Positions 21,817 to 34,960 of a DNA stretch of 64,000 nt are shown here, piece by piece; within the stretch, counting starts at the first letter, position 1, and each line of letters opens with the position of its first letter. Source of the DNA: Eledone cirrhosa. Its lineage: Eukaryota. The translations under genes and the position numbers were made by a program. The notes beneath the pieces are model-generated. The model was not told where the DNA came from. It saw nothing but the letters and a program-made list of their open reading frames with translations, and did not search any database. Location of the stretch: the NCBI GenBank assembly GCA_964016885.1, contig OZ024743.1, positions 246,388,001 to 246,452,000 of the forward strand, read 5' to 3'.

Positions 21817-24800
21817 CATCATCATCATCATCATCACCGTTTTACGTCCGTTCTTCCACGCTAGCATGGGTTAGACGGGTTGTACTGTTGTGGGCAGTGT
21901 CTGGTCGGCTGACCATGCCTTGCTCATACAGGAACTGATTTGGCTTGATTTCTACAGCTGGATGCCCTTCCTAACACCAACCTCATTTACAGTGAGTGCT
22001 GGGTGCTTTTTCGTGGCGCCTACACGTCCACTTTACAGTGTGGGCTGGGTGCTTTTTTTTCCGTGGCACCTCCACGACCACCTTGCAGTGGAGGGTGTGG
22101 GGGCATATTGTCTATATGCTTCAGCTTGTACCCAATGGGAGGTCGGGTACTCTGTATTACTGCGTGACGCCAGAGGTCACGGTCGTATGTCATCGCCTTT
22201 GAGAGCTGTAATTGGGTAAGGTCGGCTTTTATCACCTCATCCCAGGTCATCTTGGGTCTCCCCACTTCGCGGTTTCCATCGACTTCTAGTGCTCTGCACC
22301 TTTTTATGCAGCTGTCATCCTTCATACGCATCACATGTCCATACCAACGCATCCGCCTCTCCTGCACACAGCATTTGATTCCTCTTATGCTCAGTCTCTC
22401 TCTCAATTCATTTATGCTTTGTCGTTCGCGTATATTACTATTACACATCCATCGGAGCATGCAGGCTTCGTTTCTCTCTAATCTTCGTAAGTCTTCCACC
22501 TTCAGCGCCCAGGTCTCACTACCATGTAACATTGCTGTTCGGATACACGCATCATACAGTCTGCCTTTCATTTTGAGGGAGAAGCCTTTTGCAGCTAGCA
22601 GTGGTAGTAGTTCCCTGAACTTCTTCCATCCCGTTCTTACCCTAGTTATTGTATTTTCTGAACACCCACCTCCGCTGCTAATTCGGTCACCTAGGTAGCA
22701 GAAGCTGTCTACTGTCTCTACAGAGCCCTCCCAGAGATTGGTGGTACTTGTTTCCTGTGGCTGTTTGCTGCTTGCTGTCCCAGTACAGCTGCTGCATGTG
22801 AAGCCTACATTCTTAATTAAGCTTCCTGAGATCCGGCTACATCTCTTGTGTACCCATTATTTGCATTTGGGGCAGAGAATGGAGTTCCTACCTACACCTT
22901 TCCTACATACTGAGCAAGGCCATTTCCCTGAGGGATCTGGGTTCTTTTTTGTCGTCTACTTACAAGGACCTTAGTCTTTGTCATGTTGACTTTGAGACCC
23001 TTTCTTTCTAGCCCCTGCTTCCAAGTTTGGAATTTCTTCTCTAGTTCTACCATAGATTCAGCTATAAATGCGAGGTCATCAGCATACAGGAGTTCCCATG
23101 GGCATCCGGTCTTAAACTCCTCCGTTATTGCCTGCAGGACTATGATGAACAGGAGAGGGCTAAGAACAGAGCCCTGGTGGACCCCAACCTGTACGCTAAA
23201 TTCCTCGCTATACTCATTGCTAATCCTAACTTTGCTGACTGCTCCCCTATACATGGCTTGTACAGCTTTCACAAGCCATTCATCTACTCCTAGTTTTCTA
23301 AGAGCCCACCAGATTACAGCACGTGGAACTCTGTCAAAGGCTTTCTCGAGATCGACGAATGCCAGGTAGAGTGGCTTACTTTTAGCTAGGTACTTTTCCT
23401 GACAAGGAAGAGGGCATCAGTGGTGCCTCTTCCTGATACAAACCCAAATTGCATCTCATCTAGTTTCACCCGGTCCCTAATCAACTGTGCTATAACTCTT
23501 TCTGTTACTTTCATGACCTGGTCCATCAGCTTTATACCTCTATAGTTTCCTCTATCGAGTGCATCACCTTTACCTTTGTAGCAGTTGACAATGATGCTAC
23601 TGCACCCATCTTTTGGTATGACACCTTCTAGTATTACCTGGTTAACAATACGTGTGGTTATAGTGTGACCTACAGACCCAGATGCCTTCAGCATCTCGGC
23701 AGCTATACCCGATGGACCGGTTGCCTTCCCCATCTTCATATCTTTGATTGACTTACTTACTACGCTGCTGCTGACTTGTACTGCTGGCCCCTCTATAGGG
23801 TCTACTTGGGGAAGGGTCTCTTCTTCCCATGCATTCTCCTCATTTAGTAATGACTCTTCCATGCATCTTTCTTCTCAGCACTTGTGAGGGCAAGCTCACC
23901 TTTATCATTCCGGATACACTTCTTTCCAATGCCATCACAATTCTCTCTGACACACTGCCTTGAAATCTTGAACACCTCCTGTTTCTGGTCCTCACGTTGC
24001 AAAACATGCTTGAATTTTCTATCCTCTGCTTCCCTCCTAGCTAAGTATACTTGTCGCCTAGCTTCCCTCTTGGTCTCTATGTAATGTACCCTGCTCCCCC
24101 CGTTCTTCCATTCTTTCCATGCCTGTCTCTTGGCCTTAACTGCCTCATCTACCTTATTGTTCCACCACCAAGTCACTCTCCTCCTGCTTGTGGTCTTACT
24201 CCAGCCACAGACCTCATCTGTCGCCTCTAGTAAGTTATTTTTTAGGAACTCCCAGTGCTCTTCTACATTGAATGTCTCTATCTGTTCTTCTTTACTGTCG
24301 TAGGCGTTGAGTAAAATATCCTTAAATCTGTTACTGGCTGAGGGGTCTTTCAGCTTCCAGATCTTTCTTCTCCAGGTTGGCCTCTGTTTCCAGGTTTGTC
24401 TAGTTCTGACTGTGAGGTCGCTGACAACTAAGCTATGTTGGGAGGTACATTCCTCACTAGGGAAAGCTTTTGTGTTTACGACCGTCCTTCTGTCACGTCC
24501 TCTGATGAGGATAAAATCTATCTGACTAGAATGCTCCCCTGATCTATAGGTGATCAGGTGGTTGTCGGGTTTTTTGAAGTTTGTGTTACATATCGACATG
24601 TCATTGGCGTCGCAGAATTCTAGAAGTCTGAATCCTTCTTCATTTCTTGTGCCAACCCCGTGGCCTCCATGAACTCTATTGAAGCCGTCACAGTGTTTAC
24701 CTACGTGTCCGTTAAAATCTCCTGCGATGATTAGGAAGTCATTGTCGTTTGTTAGAGCAATAGTGTGCATTAGGGACTCGTAAAAACCTATCCTTAAGTT

Positions 24801-25932
24801 CGTCTGGCAACCCCGATTGGGGTGCGTAAGCTGATATTATTGTGGTAATTGTTTTATTCAGGACTAGTCTGAGTTTAATGATTCTTGCATTTACCCTGTA
24901 TACCGAGATTACTTTATCTACCCACTTGTCAGCTAGTAGTATACCTACACCACCCATCCCATCGTCATTTCCCACCCAGAAAAATTTGTAGCACCGACTT
25001 TTTCCTACAAGGACTCTAGCAGACTCTCCTCTCCATCTAGTCTCTTGCACACAGCATACATCAATTTCCTTTCGCTCTAGCATTTATACGATTTCTCCTG
25101 CTCTTCCTTTCATTGTGCTTACATTGATGGTACCAACTCGGGGTTTTGGGCATTTGTCGACACTCGTAGGGAAGGGTCGATTTTTGCAAGGGTGTGTGTG
25201 TGCTTCCTCTCTCTGGATTGGCGCTTCACATGGGTGCTTGGTAGCTCGCGGATTCATATTCATTTCATCTATTAATTCAGAGTTGCTCCAATTTATTCTC
25301 AGCTCATCCATCCATACCGGTAGGAAAATTCAGGGCTAGAAGAACAGTGGTGGTGGTAATAATGGCAGGGTGTGTTGGGCTGGGACGGGGGAAGAGATAG
25401 TTAGGTAGTAGTAGTAGTAGTAGTAGAAGAAGAAGAAATGGCATGCTGAGGTTTGATTGGTCGAATAGGCTATGGTGGTGGGAGGGAAATTGTGAGGTAG
25501 AGAGAGGGTCGCCGTTAAGGCTACCAAACTAACTGATAGAATACAGCATGGCAAAGTAGCCGATAGAATACAGCAACAATAATAATAATTGTTTCTACTA
25601 TTGGCACAAGGCCAGCAATTACCCAGTGCATTACTGGTACTTTATTTTATCGAATAGCCAGTCAAGGCCTGTAGCCTTTGATGGAGACAGAGACAGAGTC
25701 AGCATGGTAGGGAAAATGAGGTTAACAAAATAGATGTGTTGTGGTGGCTGAAATACCTGACCAGATTTGTATGGATGGATGACCGGAACGTAGCTAAATC
25801 AACTCTAGTGATTCATTTTAGCCTTTCAGAGTAGAGTGTGTCTTATCTCTTCAATAATTTTAAGATGAGTGAGGAGGAATGGGTGAAGAGGGAACGGGAG
25901 TTAATAGGTGGCTTAGAGATGGATAGAGATGG

Positions 25933-25992
<60 letters not shown>

Positions 25993-26098
25993 TAGCCTTT
26001 ATAGAGAGAGAGATAGAGAGAGGGTAGCCATCATAGAGAGAGGGTCGCCGTCAAGGCTAACAAACTAACTGATAGAATACAGCATGGCAAAGTAGCCG
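21817..26098 (-). mobile_element. near-full-length RTE-clade LINE
   Basis: (TGA)n tail at 21817-21836, 3'UTR, ORF remnants and a 5' region with a duplicated 64-bp block (25501-25564 and 26037-26100). ATTATATAT flanks both ends, a possible TSD. Confidence 0.88.
22020..25311 (-). pseudogene. RTE ORF (APE endonuclease + RT + PHD-like finger) with several frameshifts and stops
   Basis: VGTINVSTM, DVCCVQETRW, SAYAPQ, AGDFNGHVG, QIDFIL, NYRGIKLM, QFGFVSGRGTTDA, GVHQGSVLSPLLF, LLYADDL, MLHGSETW and RMRWYGHVMR. Confidence 0.93.
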
Positions 26099-27319
26099 AT
26101 TATATATATATATTAAAATAACAGATTAAAGTTTAAGCAAAGAATCGCTGCTTTCACCCTTAACGGGATCTTCTGAAACTAAACAAATTAATCTGTGAAT
26201 GCAGAAGTAAATATTTCGAAAAACGTTACACACTATATATATACACACACACACCGCGTCATAATGTCGTAATACAGACAGCCAGACATACAGACAGATA
26301 TTATAAGAGCGCAACGTTATATCTATGTATCTATCTGAAAAGAGAGAGACTAAGAATTACAGAGAGAGATCGCTAAATCGCCTAATGCGGTCCCTAGGGC
26401 ATTGAAAATTTAAAATTTCTTTTTCTCTAAACACTTACAGGACCATAAGTATTACATGTGTAAAGTTTGAAAACAAGCAGTTGGGTGGTTCTCAAGTTTT
26501 AGGGAGTCAGACAGACAGACAGACATTCTCTGTTTTAGATATATAGATTATGGGAGTGTCAGAATAATTTTTTGAAATATGTGTGATTTCAAAATTTCTC
26601 AAAATATGCTCATTTTGATGCCCTTAGTTGACCATGTAGGCAGTTCACTATCTTTTTGAAATGTTTACGATGCATTCTTATACTTCTGAAGATTATGTGA
26701 CAAAAATTGGTTTTGTTGCTGAGCTTCCCTTCAGAGTTGTGAATTTTTAGAAATTCAGTTGTCAGCACTTTGTACAGGATCAACTTATTCATAAAGCCTG
26801 GATATAAAACAGCATATTATCCATCAGTGATTTATTCAATATAGTATAAATAAACATCTTTTAAATTAATGGGTATTTATAGATTCAACACATGGCAAAC
26901 TACTACGTGTATATCGATAACCACATTATACATGATAGTGTACAGAACCACACTTAAGACAGAAATGTTAAACAGCTAGAATTAACAAAAATTCAACATA
27001 CATTTATTTTAATCAGAGATAGAATACTATATTGCCCTTCATTGAATTAGTCAATACACTACCTATTGGTTCATTAATGACAAACAAGGCATATCCATGA
27101 GCACTTTTTACATACAGCTGCAGACAAGTAACTAATATACTTTATACAGTCACACTGGAATTAGTGAATTAGTACATAGTACCAAAGTGACAAGACAGAA
27201 TGCCACAAAATGATTTAAATACAACAAAAGTAAATATTAAAAACTTTCAGTGACCAACTCAATAACTTGTATCAAATAATTATAAAACATACTTAGGTCA
27301 AACACAAATGTGAATCATA

Positions 27320-28350
27320 TTAATTCTGCAAACATTGTCGGAATAGAGTGAGAATTTTGTTCAGGTCACTTGAACTAATTGTGTAGGTGCGGGCACTTCT
27401 ACCTTGAACGATTGATGCACTGATTACACACATGACATGTTGTAAAGGAACCCAACATTCATCCTTACGGGATGCTGCTGGCCAAGAAAGTATATTGTTT
27501 TTTGATCTTTTCATAAAGGAAACAAGAACTTCAGATGAGTGTTCAATAATGTTTCCCACATACCAGTTGGACTCGTACACGCAGGCTACATACTTGCCTG
27601 GTTGATAGTCATCCCAGTTTACACTAGCCTGGTCCTCCATATCATCCCCTATTTTTACAATAGTGTACATATAATCTAGGGATACTCTTCTCATCTGAAG
27701 CTTATTTCCTGGACATGGAATGAAACTGTGATGCGACCTAACTCCAGCTATTGTTTTGCAAGCATCAAACCGTTCAGTCAATTTGAATTTGACAGCATTT
27801 TCTTGTACTTGATCTTTTGAAACAAAGAAAAATTCAATCCCATAAATGTTATCTCTTGCCCACATATCATATGGTGTTAGAATTTGGTCCTTAACAGTAG
27901 CCTGAAGGCTTGCTCTGGCTACTAGCCTTTAACAGTGCCGCCCACACCATCATGCAGACACTTTCCATGGATAGAAGCAAAGAAATACCATTCAGTAAAC
28001 AGATCATGATCATCATAATGGCTGCAGAGGTTAGCAAAATTTCTGAAATGTTTATATTAGCTTGCAGCCCCATCACTGAAGTATATAACGTTGGTCGGAT
28101 CCTCAAACTTTGATTTACTAGCAGTCAGTACTTGAGTAGTAAAAGTATGAACTGCCACAGTGTCATTAATGAGGCAATCAGATATGACACATATGTTTAC
28201 ACATTTGAGATCAGAGGTTGAGGAGTCTTTGACATAAAATACAAAGGGATGCACTGTAGCTTGGGAATTATCCCAATGATGCCCCTGCACAGCATCTTGT
28301 ATGATAAAGCTATAATTTTCTGCAAAATCAAGTAATATGATGGCTTCATT
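27320..28350 (-). pseudogene. DDD transposase remnant (Sola2-like) with a C-terminal Tudor-like segment
   Basis: IILLDFAENYSFIIQDAVQGHHWDNSQATVHPF, IYFSDGAAS*YK, WYFFASIHGK..DGVGGTVKR and GKYVACVYESNWYVG...SWP...DECWVP. Confidence 0.8.
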
Positions 28351-28689
28351 TTCTTAGAAAATATTTCTCATGATGAAAGCAAACATTGTCATCTTCATGT
28401 AGTAAAACTCCAGATCTCCAGGGAATTAAAGCCTTTTCATTGTCAGATAAAGAACTGCATTTCAAAAATCCGTTTTCTTGAATAAGTAATTTTGTGAAAT
28501 TCATCTTTGAATTTACTTCCAAGATTACATTGAGATATAGAACTGGATTCCATTATGGCAGGGCGAGTACCTGAACATTTAATATGATGCATTAGAAATT
28601 CACAACTCTGAAAGGAAGCTCAGCAACAAAACCAAATTTCTGTCACATCATCTGCAGAAGTATAAGAATGCATCGTAAAAATTTGAAAA

Positions 28690-29400
28690 CTTTGTATGCA
28701 GCAGATGCACAAGAGAAGTAAACACTAAGAACTCATGTGAAATAGCAGATTCCTTCAGCTGCCAAGGAGGCTCCGTAGAAATTGTCAACAACTTTTGTTA
28801 CTTGGGTGATCAAATTAGCATTGGGGGAGGATGTACTGAAAATGTGATAGCCAGGATTAGATCAGGCTGGAAGATGTTTAGAGAGCTAATAACTCTGCTA
28901 TCAACAAAGCACTGCTTGCTCAGAGTTAAGGGTAGATTGTATAATGTTTGCGTACAAACTGCAATGCTACGTGTTAGTGAATAATTGGGCTTTACCCGCA
29001 GAAGACATGTGAAAGCTGGAGAGAAATTAAGTGAGTATGCTCCGATGGGTGTGTAATGTAACTTTGCATGTACAATATAGCATAACTGAACTGAGAGGAA
29101 AACCTGGCATAAGAGGAATTGGATGTAATGTGCAAAAGAGAAGATTGCACTGGTATGGACATGTGAAGCACATGGAGGATAGCAGCTGCATAAAGCAATG
29201 CAGAGCAATTCCAGTGGCTGAACACCAAGGAAAAGGCAGACCTAGGAAGACATGGGATGAAGTAGTGAATAGCGACCCTAAGAAACTAAGCCACACAACT
29301 GAGATGACAAAGGATTGAGAGAGCTAGCACTATGCTGCAATGAAGACCTGGCCAGAAGCATACAGTATGACCAGACCCAGCCATGAGCCCTGCCTCCTGC
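28690..29400 (+). mobile_element. RTE LINE 3' fragment
   Basis: ARIRSGWKMFREL, RRLHWYGHVKHM and GRPRKTWDEVV. Confidence 0.88.
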
Positions 29401-29899
29401 CTTTCACTAGCACTCTCCACCATCTATCCTCACCATTACTGCACCCACCAGCCATGGCTCCTCCAGAACCACTTCTTAACTACTACCCCCTTCTAAAGAC
29501 CTTAGATATCCTCACCATTGCACCCTAGTAGCTACTCTCTCTACCCCTTGATCAACCCCTCTACCACCCCTTACTCTCTCACTACCCCCCCCCCCCCCCT
29601 TACTCTCTCACTACCCCCCTTACTCTCTCACTACCCCCTTTCCTATTTCTCCACCATTCTCCCCCTCTGTCGAGCGCATCCCCCACACCACTACGTCCCC
29701 ATACACTAACCAGCTACCCCTATTCCTTAACCCTATCTATCTCTCCATCACGTCCCTACCCCTACTATATTGACTACATCCCTCACACCACAACATCCCC
29801 ATACACTATTTAGCCACCCCTATCCATCCCCACAAACATCTATAACTTCATACCTATCTCCCTCCCCAAAGCCAAGAGGACTTTACAGTTGGGTCTATG

Positions 29900-30350
29900 A
29901 CCAACAACCACTCTAGTGATCATGCCACGAAAATGCATCCGGTACACTCTGTGTGGATGGTTGGTGAGAAGAAGGGCACCTCACTGTAGAAACCATGCCT
30001 AAAAGGGGTGGGAGGACCAGTTTGATGTATCAAACACACAACAACCTTTCTAGTGTTGGTGATCTACATGATAAACACACCTAGTATATGGTGTAAAGTG
30101 GTTGGTGAAAGGAAGGGCATCTAGGCATAAAAAGCTTGTCAAACAAAGGGCTGGGAGGACCCTTTAGTTATGTCAAGGATATGAAAGCCTCCCTAGTGTT
30201 GGTGATCTACACAATAAAGGCACCCAGTACATTCTGTCAAGTGGTTGGTGTTATGAAGGGCATCCTGCCATAGAAGGCTTGCCAAATTTAATGGCTGCAG
30301 CTTGAAAAAGTCTCCATCTCCCTCATACTCATACTAATATGGATGATGTC
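29900..30350 (+). repeat. three diverged tandem units (about 140 bp) of the RTE 3'UTR motif
   Basis: GGTTGGTG...GAAGGGCA recurs at about 29959, 30100 and 30243, with shared CTAGTGTTGGTGATCTACA. Confidence 0.7.
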
Positions 30351-30599
30351 TAAGGTAGGGATTATGACGGATGTCTTAGTTCTAATATAAACATTTAGTT
30401 CATGTTTGACTTTGTTTTTATGAATGTATTTTTTATGATTTTCGAATCTGATGACCTTATCCACAAGATGTACTTTATTTATTGTTGGCTTTGTTTTCTG
30501 AGTGTATCAATATTATTTATGTATAGGGCATTTGATTATTGCTTTGCATTTGTTCTGGCTGCACGCGGATGTGTTTGACAGTCCTACTTGCTTGTTTGC

Positions 30600-30648
<49 letters not shown>

Positions 30649-30929
30649 CATATATATATATATATATGTGTTTATATATATATAAGGACATTGAATGCTT
30701 TTTGTTAAAGTTATAGTTCTCATTGTCAAAGGGATAAAGCTAAAAAGCCCAGCAGAGGGCACAAATAAATTGCTATGGCCATCGCTGGCAGGCCCCCTTT
30801 GCCCCCCATTAAATCCAGCCTTCACCACCCACATCCTTATAATCCCCCATCCATACATTCCCCTCTCCTATCTTTTTTATTATTCAATCTCTATGGTGAG
30901 AGGCTAGCAACATAATGGCATGCATAGCT

Positions 30930-31320
30930 GCACATAGATGTCACACACTTCAAAGTCACTCTTCACTGACTGAGCACTTTGACACATCCATATCACAGAC
31001 CATAAAGTCATTCTTCAATGTTTGAGCAGCTTGATACATAGATATCATTGACCATAGTATCACTCTTCACTGACTGGAGAGCAGAGCAGCTTTGTACATA
31101 GATGTCACACACCACAGTCATTATTCACTGATGGATCAAGCTGCTACATAGATATCACAGACAGCAGAGTCACTCCTCATTGACTGGAGGGCAGAGCAGC
31201 TTGTCACAGACTAGTGTCACTCTTCACTTGCTAAGCAACAGGTTTAACTTGGTACATAGATGTTGCAAACTACAGAGTCACTCTACCCGGACTGGAGAGC
31301 AGCTTAGCAGTAGCTTAAGA
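30930..31320. repeat. degenerate minisatellite, unit about 50-57 bp, about 7 copies
   Basis: Recurring CATAGAT(G/A)TCACA.AC...AGTCACTCTTCACTGACTG...GAGCAGCTT. Confidence 0.85.
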
Positions 31321-31739
31321 CATCTCTGATATAATCTACCATCAATCTTGGCACTTAAAACATACAGCTATGGACTCTCATATGCAATGGTTCCAAGTTA
31401 TGTGGGAGTGTTATCAGGATTGTTGTAATAGAACTAAGGTGGTAAGCTAAGAAAGCCAAAGCTTAACTCTTAAGATTTCATCATACTCATCTCTTGTCTC
31501 AACATCTAATGTACCTTCTCCATGTGGATTGATCTCATCACTGCACTGACAGTTGTAACTTTTGGGTTTTATAATTGGTCATTATCGTTGACTCGATGTA
31601 AAAACAGCAACTAACATGAATCGCTTCAAAGCCATCCTTAAATAGGAACATTACAACCTATTCTCCTTTAATATACAGTTACTTTATATATATAAATGAA
31701 AGTCTTGTACTGCTTTAGTCATGAACAAGGAAAGAGAAA

Positions 31740-32085
31740 TGGTCCTCTTCTGTCATGATTGGCCATGGATTTTGCACCTATGATTGACTGCTCATGGGTT
31801 TGCCTCGCCAAAGTACATGCCTGGGCAAGGTGTTTTTGTGAAAGACCAGCAGTTGCTCATCCATGCACATCTCCCCTCTCCACAACATGAATGTTGTTTA
31901 AGAGAAAGGCAAAAGTGAATACAACTTAGCAGCAGTGTCATTGCAATTCATTTTTTCTAGCTGAATGGATTGGAGCAATGTAAAATAAAGTGTTTGCTTA
32001 AGGACACAACATACCACCTGGTCCAGGAATTGAACTCTCGATCTTATGATTGTGAGCCCAGTATCCTAGCCACTAAGCCATGCAC
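31740..32085 (-). mobile_element. SINE family B-related copy
   Basis: Minus-strand head TGGCTTAGTGGCTAGG...GAGTTCAATTCC and core CCTTAAGCAAACACTTTATTTTACATTGCTCCA. Confidence 0.7.
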
Positions 32086-32728
32086 CATCATTAGTCACGA
32101 ACAACACATAGCTATATCTATTAAATACAAAAATGCTCTCATGGTGAGTTTATATATATAACATTGCTAAAACTACTTCACAGCACCAGAAAATACATCA
32201 GTTCTGATCAGTTGCTAAACTTTCACAAAATTCAAGTAAGATCCACATTAAAGTACTATTTCCATATATGGTATGGTGCTGTTGCTGAACACCAAAAGAC
32301 CCTTGCTTTCAAAATCCTATAATGGATCTTCTGTTGGTTTCAACAATGAGTACTAAATTGTTCTATCTACTGAATGTCCAACCCTTGAATTAACGTGTGA
32401 GTGGTTGAATATTCCATAGGCACATGTATCCTTAAAGTAATTCACAAGCTGAATCTGCATGACACAATGTGTAACAAAGTTGGACCTTTGAATTACAAGT
32501 ATCGTCCATTCAGCAGAGTCCCAAGTGGTTTCTGTCTACTCAGTTTCACTCACAAGATTTGAGTCAACCTGACGCTATAGTAAAGACACTTGCCCAAGAT
32601 GTCATGCAGAGGGATTGAAACTGGGAATTTATGATTGCAAAGCTAACTTCTTAACCACATAGCTATGACAGCATCCACCATACATATAGATTCACAGGTA
32701 GTATTATCTCTATCACTTCTGTCACATC

Positions 32729-32775
32729 TATGAGGGCTGGCTGAAAAGTTCATAGGCTGACCAAAATACTCTCAA
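32729..32775 (+). mobile_element. mariner-like TIR fragment
   Basis: TA|TGAGGGCTGGCTGAAAAGTTCATAGGCTGAC resembles mariner termini and is followed by an RTE tail. Confidence 0.45.
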
Positions 32776-32781
32776 CATAGT

Positions 32782-33000
32782 CATCATCATCACCATTTTA
32801 CGCCCGTTCTTCCACGCTAGCATGGGTTAGACGGGTTGTCCTGTTATGGGCAGTGTCCAGTCGGCTGACCTTGTCTTGCTCATACGGGAACTGATTTTGG
32901 CTTGATTTCTACAGCTGGATGGCCTTCCTAACACCAACCTCATTTACAGTGAGTGCTGGGTGCTTTTTTTTTTCCATGGCGCCTAAACGTCCACTTTACA
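32782..33000 (-). mobile_element. 5'-truncated RTE (3'UTR only)
   Basis: Closely matches 21825-22035. Confidence 0.88.
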
Positions 33001-33554
33001 TTTCAATATATCCACATACATTTCAAATTAAATACCACCTCTCAAAGGCAATGACACAGGACCATGACCTCTGATGCTATGCAGTTTTACAGAAGACCTG
33101 CCCTCTATTATTCTCAGGCTGAGGCTTATACCTAGTAGGCAACACCTTCCTCAACCATCTATCCCCTCTCATTCACCTCCCTTAGTGGTAACCATACCTC
33201 CCCTACTACCCTGTCCACATTTTCCCTAAGCTTCCTACCCCCTCCCTAGTCCCAAGACAAAAGTGCCCAGGCCCCACTGTAAATGTGGTTGGTGGTAGGA
33301 AGGGCATCCACCTGTAGAAACCAAGCCAAAATCTGCCCTGGGTGAGTTTAACAAGGGTCAATCAGTCCAACCCACCAAAGATGGACACTAATCGACGAGG
33401 TTGATATATTTATGTGTGTATATATATGAAGTGTGTATGTATATGTACGATATGTGTATGTATGTTACATATATGGTATATGTATATGCACGCAAATATA
33501 TATGTGTATATCATTATCATGATGTGCATGTATATATATATATATATTATGCTG

Positions 33555-33850
33555 ATACCACAAAAAATCCAGCCCACACTGTAAAGTGATCGTGTAGGTG
33601 TCATGACAAAAGTAACCAGCCCACACCGTAAAGTGGATGTGTAAAAGACACGGCTAAAAACACCCAGCACACACTGTCAATGTGGTTGGCATTAGGAAGG
33701 GCATCCAGCCGTAGAAAATCAGCCAGAAATATTCCTATATGAGCGAGACACAGTCACCTGACCTAACTTGTCTCTAAATGAGACAAACCCGTGTAACCCA
33801 TGCTAGTTTGGAAGATAGACGTTAATCGATGATGATAATGACGATGATGA
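33555..33850 (+). mobile_element. RTE 3'UTR fragment
   Basis: GGTTGGCATTAGGAAGGGCATCCAGCCGTAGAAA...CCCATGCTAG...GACGTTAA followed by (TGA)n. Confidence 0.8.
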
Positions 33851-34384
33851 ACAACAACTTAAAAAATTATGGACACTGGCCTATCATTTTCTGTCTAATC
33901 AATGATTTTTAACATAAACAGGGCCAAAACTTCTTGCAAAAAGTTTGGGTTGATTATATTAATCTCAGTATTTGAGTGGCATTTATTTTAGTGACCCAGA
34001 AAAGTAAAGTCAACCTTACTGAAATTAGAACTCAGAGCATAAAGGGACATATCTAAACACGGCAGGTTATTCTGGCAAACGCTCAACTCATTCTATCTCA
34101 CAATTATATTGTATTCTATTGGTATGAGCCAACAGGGAGCCTCTACATTGATATTGGTGTGTTAGAAATAGCAGCTAAATTCCTTCAAATCACACAATAT
34201 ACTCTTTTAAAAATGGAAGAACACATTGAACAAGGTACAAAAAGATTGGATGGCCACGACTGGGACACTTTTGGCCATAGGTCTGTCGAATCAAGACTGA
34301 CCTGGGGATAAACATCAATTGGTATTGATATGTTGAATCTCCATAGAATGCATGATTATCAATCACCCTTTCACTAATTAATAT

Positions 34385-34570
34385 TGGTTTCTAATTTCGG
34401 CACAAGGCCAGCAATTTTGAGGGGATGGGGAAAGTCGATTATACCACCCCCAGTACTTTACCAAAGACAAAGTTGACCTCAGCTGGATTTGATGAAATCT
34501 GGACGTAGAGATCCGTAACGAAATACTGCAATGCATTTCATCTGACGCTCTAACGATTCTGCTAATTCAT
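34385..34570 (-). mobile_element. SINE family A variant
   Basis: Family A tail and head, with a longer middle like the 4047 copy. Confidence 0.75.
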
Positions 34571-34659
34571 TGTCCTTGATTAATAAATAATTTCTAATTC
34601 ATAAGTAGTAGTAGTAGTAGTAGGCGCGGCGGCGGTGTTGGTAGTAGTAATAAGTGAAG

Positions 34660-34960
34660 GCACCTGGGTCAGTGGTTACGGCTTTCGGCCCATGAACGTA
34701 AAGTCATGAATTCAGTTCCTGGACTTAACGGTGCATTTTGTTCTTGAACAAGATACTTTGTTTCACAACCCTCCAGTTTACTCAGCTGGCAAAAATGAGT
34801 TGTACATGTAATTCTGAGGTCCAGAAGTCCAGAGGTCCGGCCTTGTCGCAGATGTACATGTCTGCGGAATGCTCAGCCACTTTCATTCTAAATTCGGGAG
34901 TAGGCTGCACTGTTCTTCCAACAGCTAAAACATTCGTCGTTGGAACTGACGAAGGTCCAA
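34660..34960 (+). mobile_element. SINE family B-related copy
   Basis: tRNA-like head, then CTTGAACAAGATACTTTGTTTCACAACCCTCCAGTTTACTCAGCTG. Confidence 0.7.

Larger units (their letters stand above)
20849..26547 (-). mobile_element. non-autonomous Helitron carrying nested SINEs and an RTE LINE
   Basis: The minus strand starts A|TCTATATATC...(CTGT)n at 26547 and ends CCCGAGCAACGCCGGG (hairpin) CCATTCTG-CTAG|T at 20849. These are the 5' TC, 3' hairpin plus CTAG and A|T target hallmarks. Confidence 0.8.
20466..28690 (-). mobile_element. Sola2-like DNA transposon with a long TIR split by a Helitron; right end truncated
   Basis: Begins GGGTCATTCCATGTCAAATCACCC. Segment 26660-26752 is an inverted repeat of 28594-28690, with a transposase remnant between them. 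The superfamily and the 20466 start are assigned from recalled motifs. Confidence 0.6.

Noticed and set aside
20340-28800. a single RTE copy split by the Sola2-like insertion
   Set aside because: The flanking RTE pieces overlap the same consensus region yet differ substantially, so they look like separate copies.
30448-30470. hammerhead at CTGATGA
   Set aside because: No stem II or GAAA box follows.
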